Below, in pieces: positions 60,849 to 64,000 of a stretch of 64,000 bases of DNA. Each line of letters starts with the position of its first letter. Position 1 is the first letter of the stretch. The notes under the pieces are model-generated. The model saw only the letters and a program-made list of their open reading frames with translations. It was not told the DNA's origin and did no database searches. The stretch lies in assembly GCF_009914755.1 (NCBI RefSeq), contig NC_060933.1; one strand, 5' to 3'. The position numbers and the translations under genes were made by a program. Source of the DNA: the human T2T-CHM13v2.0 reference genome, Homo sapiens.

Positions 60849-63800
60849 GTTACTAGAAAATTGCCATTCTCAAAGTAATCATTTTAAACAGCTGTAACAC
60901 AAGTGCGATGTTTCATTTCTTCTTTATTATTGACATAATAAGTAAATGCATGCAATAAGCCAAAAAAAAAAAAAAGCAAGCAAAAGTGCAGAGATTAGGG
61001 AAACAGCACATTCCTCTTCTTTTTATCCTTTATTTTCTTCCTTGGGAACATTCAAGGTATAAAAAAATTCTCATTTTAAACTGATTATTGCCTAGATTCA
61101 GATATAATGAGTATCTCAAAACACCACAACCCCTACAGTTTTCCCACGATGTATTTTTTTTTTCCGGCTTGTGTTCTCTAGCAGCATATTAACAGGGGAT
61201 CTCATTCTACTTTTTTATTTAGAACCAAACCAAACAAATATGTTTCTCCTGGAGAGCTTCTTTTCCTAGGATAAAGCATGGCAGATTGGCACCCACTGCC
61301 CACCTCCATGGTTTGGAATCATGGCGTGTGGTCATGGTGATGACTTGTGTGACTGGCTGGGAGTGACAGCACCTGTAAACTAGAGTCAGACCAATGGACT
61401 CCAATGGTGAAAATGACACGAGCTGTGACCCTTTCTGCTCACGGCTCCATTAGTCACAAGCCTGGTCTCTTTGCCACAACAAAGGCAAAGGCAATCTCTA
61501 GGCCATAAGTACCTTAGTCTAGGCAATGAATGTGCACCACTGAGTACACTCTCAAAAGAAGTAGGAAAGGAAATATTTCATGGAGAAAAGGAGGTTGGTG
61601 TGTGGCTTGGGCTTCCTAAGGAGTGAGAAAGAAGGATGAGGTGATAGGCACGACTCCATCCATGAGGAATGTTGAAGGTCAGCATTAGATTCACCACCCT
61701 GGAAGGTAGCTTGAATTTGGTTGTTTCTATTTAATTTCCAAGGGAAACTCTGGGAAGAAAAAGGGAAAAGAAATCCTGGAGACTAGGAAAAGGAGGTGGT
61801 AAAGAAGAACAAGAACAGAAAGAAAAAAGAGAGAAAAAGAAATGCAAGGATGGAGGAGGCAGGCAGGGTCTATGATTGCCTGAAGGTTTTCCAGGCTGTG
61901 TGGATGCAAGATACTTTCCTGGCTGCCAAACCTAGTCTTATTTGAGGACTAGATAAACAGATAATAAGAGTGAGCTTGAGTACTCTGCAGTCCTCAGCCT
62001 AAAGAGGAGTTACTTTTTGCAGAAGGCAATTCCAAAAAGTCCCAAATCATCTGGTTTTCCACCCAGAAGAGGAAAAAAGGAGGTTCTGAAACTTTATTGG
62101 AGATGATGCTTCTTCTAATAAAATCATCCCATCATGGTCTCAGGGTTATTGTTTGAACTCAGAACATCCTGCCACTCTAAGAAATATAGATGATCAATAT
62201 TTGCTATTGGAAAATTATCTGTAAGATAATAATAAAGCAGGAAAGCATTCAGAAGCGGCAACAAATAGGTCTGTGGAAATAAAACCTAAAATAACTCAAC
62301 TCAAATAATGTCCTAAAGTCATGAATCATGACACAGAAAATATTGGATAGAAACAAGCTAATGACATATCACTTGTGGTTATAAGAATCTTTTCAGAGTT
62401 TAGGTGTGTGCCAGAGAGAAATGGTAATAAAAGGGACCCAAAAGCCTGGAAGGGGAGCCATGCCCTCTGCCAGGAAGCATCTTTCAGAATAGTGTTGGCC
62501 ACTGGCACTCATGGGCTGGTTTTCCCCAAATCTCCAAGGAAAATCTAGGAGAACAGGGTAGGAGATAACCCTAGAATTGGAATTTTATAGGTTCTCAAAT
62601 ATCTTACAGGCCAGTGAGACTGCATGTTACTCTTTTCCCACTGCAGCAGCACCTCAGGTTTTCTGTGCTATTGAACAGTAAGAGGGATTAGCGTTATTTG
62701 TGTCCTCTTGCTGCCTTAGGGGCAGCAAGCCAAAGCAGCAAGGCTGCTTGGGAGCTGTCTTCTCCACAGACCTCTTCAACTTCTGCAACTCAACCTCCCT
62801 CCTAGATGATTCTTTGTCGCAACTAATATGACCTGGCAGCCATTCCACATCCTAAGCGCTGACAATGGCTGCGCCATAGGCTAGAAGGATTTTCCGTTAA
62901 AGATTAGTTTCTAGAAAGGCTGCAGTTGAGGGCCCACCTTCAGAATGTGGCACACATGTGTAATCCTTCAGGGTGGTGGGGCAGAGCCTGACAAACCAGA
63001 TTCGCTGATTCCAGCCCACTGGATACGCCTGAGATCATCACAGGGCACCTTTTGAGAAATGCTGTGAGGATGAGGCTAACAGGATATATGTGAGCGTGAA
63101 GGACCTGGGGCAGAAGCCAGCAGAGAACCTGTGATTTTTGAAGTGATCCTCTCTGCCTTGGGGTAGGAAGACATGGCATTTTCAGGATCTGTTCATTCCC
63201 AAGTCACAAACTGTGAAGAACAGCAAACAAGGTGTGTGTGTCGGGACAGCACAATTTCATGCTTAAATGGAGGTTAAATGGATGTGATTGAGAGGTAGGT
63301 AGATCTGAGTTCAAGCCCTAGCTCTCTCACTGTCTCTGCTGGGCGATTTGTGGTGAGTTTCTACATATTTCTGTGCTTTAGTTTTCCCATCTGTTAAGTA
63401 GGGATTCCAGTGGTATTGGCTGATCTGTTAAGCAGGGATTCCAGTGGTATTGGTAGAGTTACTAGTGACATACGATGTCCATACATGTCCTGTACTCACT
63501 TGGGGAAGAGGGGCTCATTTTCTGCCTGTCATCCAGGGAAGGGCTGAGCTGCAGGGGTCTTCTGTGAGAAAATATGTGTAAAGGGCTTATCACATTGTGT
63601 GGCATTGAAAGAACTCTGTAAGTTAGAGGAAAAAGAGAATCAAACAGAATCTAAGGGTGATGTAGTCCTGAGTTGCTGTAGGAGAATTGTTGCCATCCTC
63701 TCTTCTCTCAATCCACACAGGCCGAGCTGGAGAATCAGCCACATTCAGACCCAGGAGTTTAAGCATACAGGGCCTTGTTGGACTGGTGTTCAAGTTTCAG

Positions 63801-64000
63801 TGAATCCCCCAACACTTGATTAGAAAAAGGATCATTTTAGATCTTTCTGCAATTGAGAAGGTCAAGGTGATAGAGCTGGCTTTCTGGGCTTAAAAGTTGA
63901 TACCTCTGCAATCTTAAAATGGGGACATGATGATCAGCTTTCCCTCATCACCTGCAGGTCCAAAATTCAGACCAAGGGACTACTGCTGCAGCAAAATGGA

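Larger units (their letters stand above)
59326..63558 (+). repeat. Dispersed direct repeat of ~105 bp (59326-59426 and 63454-63558)
   Basis: tagagttact(g/a)gtgacatac...cagggaagggctg(t/a)gctgcag; about 14 substitutions and 4 gap bases. Confidence 0.9.

Overview
Primate, most likely human, genomic DNA lying inside SLC24A2 (NCKX2, K+-dependent Na+/Ca2+ exchanger), which is transcribed on the minus strand. Five consecutive coding exons (59528-59626, 55984-56102, 32824-32955, 10732-10821, 3582-3748) have GT-AG boundaries and compatible phases. They encode the end of the cytoplasmic loop through the alpha-2 repeat; the last exon and the upstream exons lie outside the window. The introns are repeat-rich. 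The main structure is a nested L1 complex in the gene's sense orientation: a full-length decayed L1PA7-like element (17046-29776, itself inside an L2 tail) contains an AluY-like insertion and a young full-length L1 (18831-24911). The young L1 has open ORF1, ORF2 and ORF0, a 17-bp TSD, an ACG/A 3'UTR type and a short 3' transduction, but carries substitutions at key residues (ORF2 S228P and R531T; ORF1 T203M and A284G). The least explained signals are two old local duplications of apparently unique intronic DNA, each of which seems to interrupt a MIR: a ~400-445 bp inverted copy that could form a long pre-mRNA hairpin (29869-31580), and a ~105 bp direct copy bracketing an exon (59326-59426 and 63454-63558). 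Repeat subfamily calls and reference residues come from memory and by-eye alignment; no searches were run.
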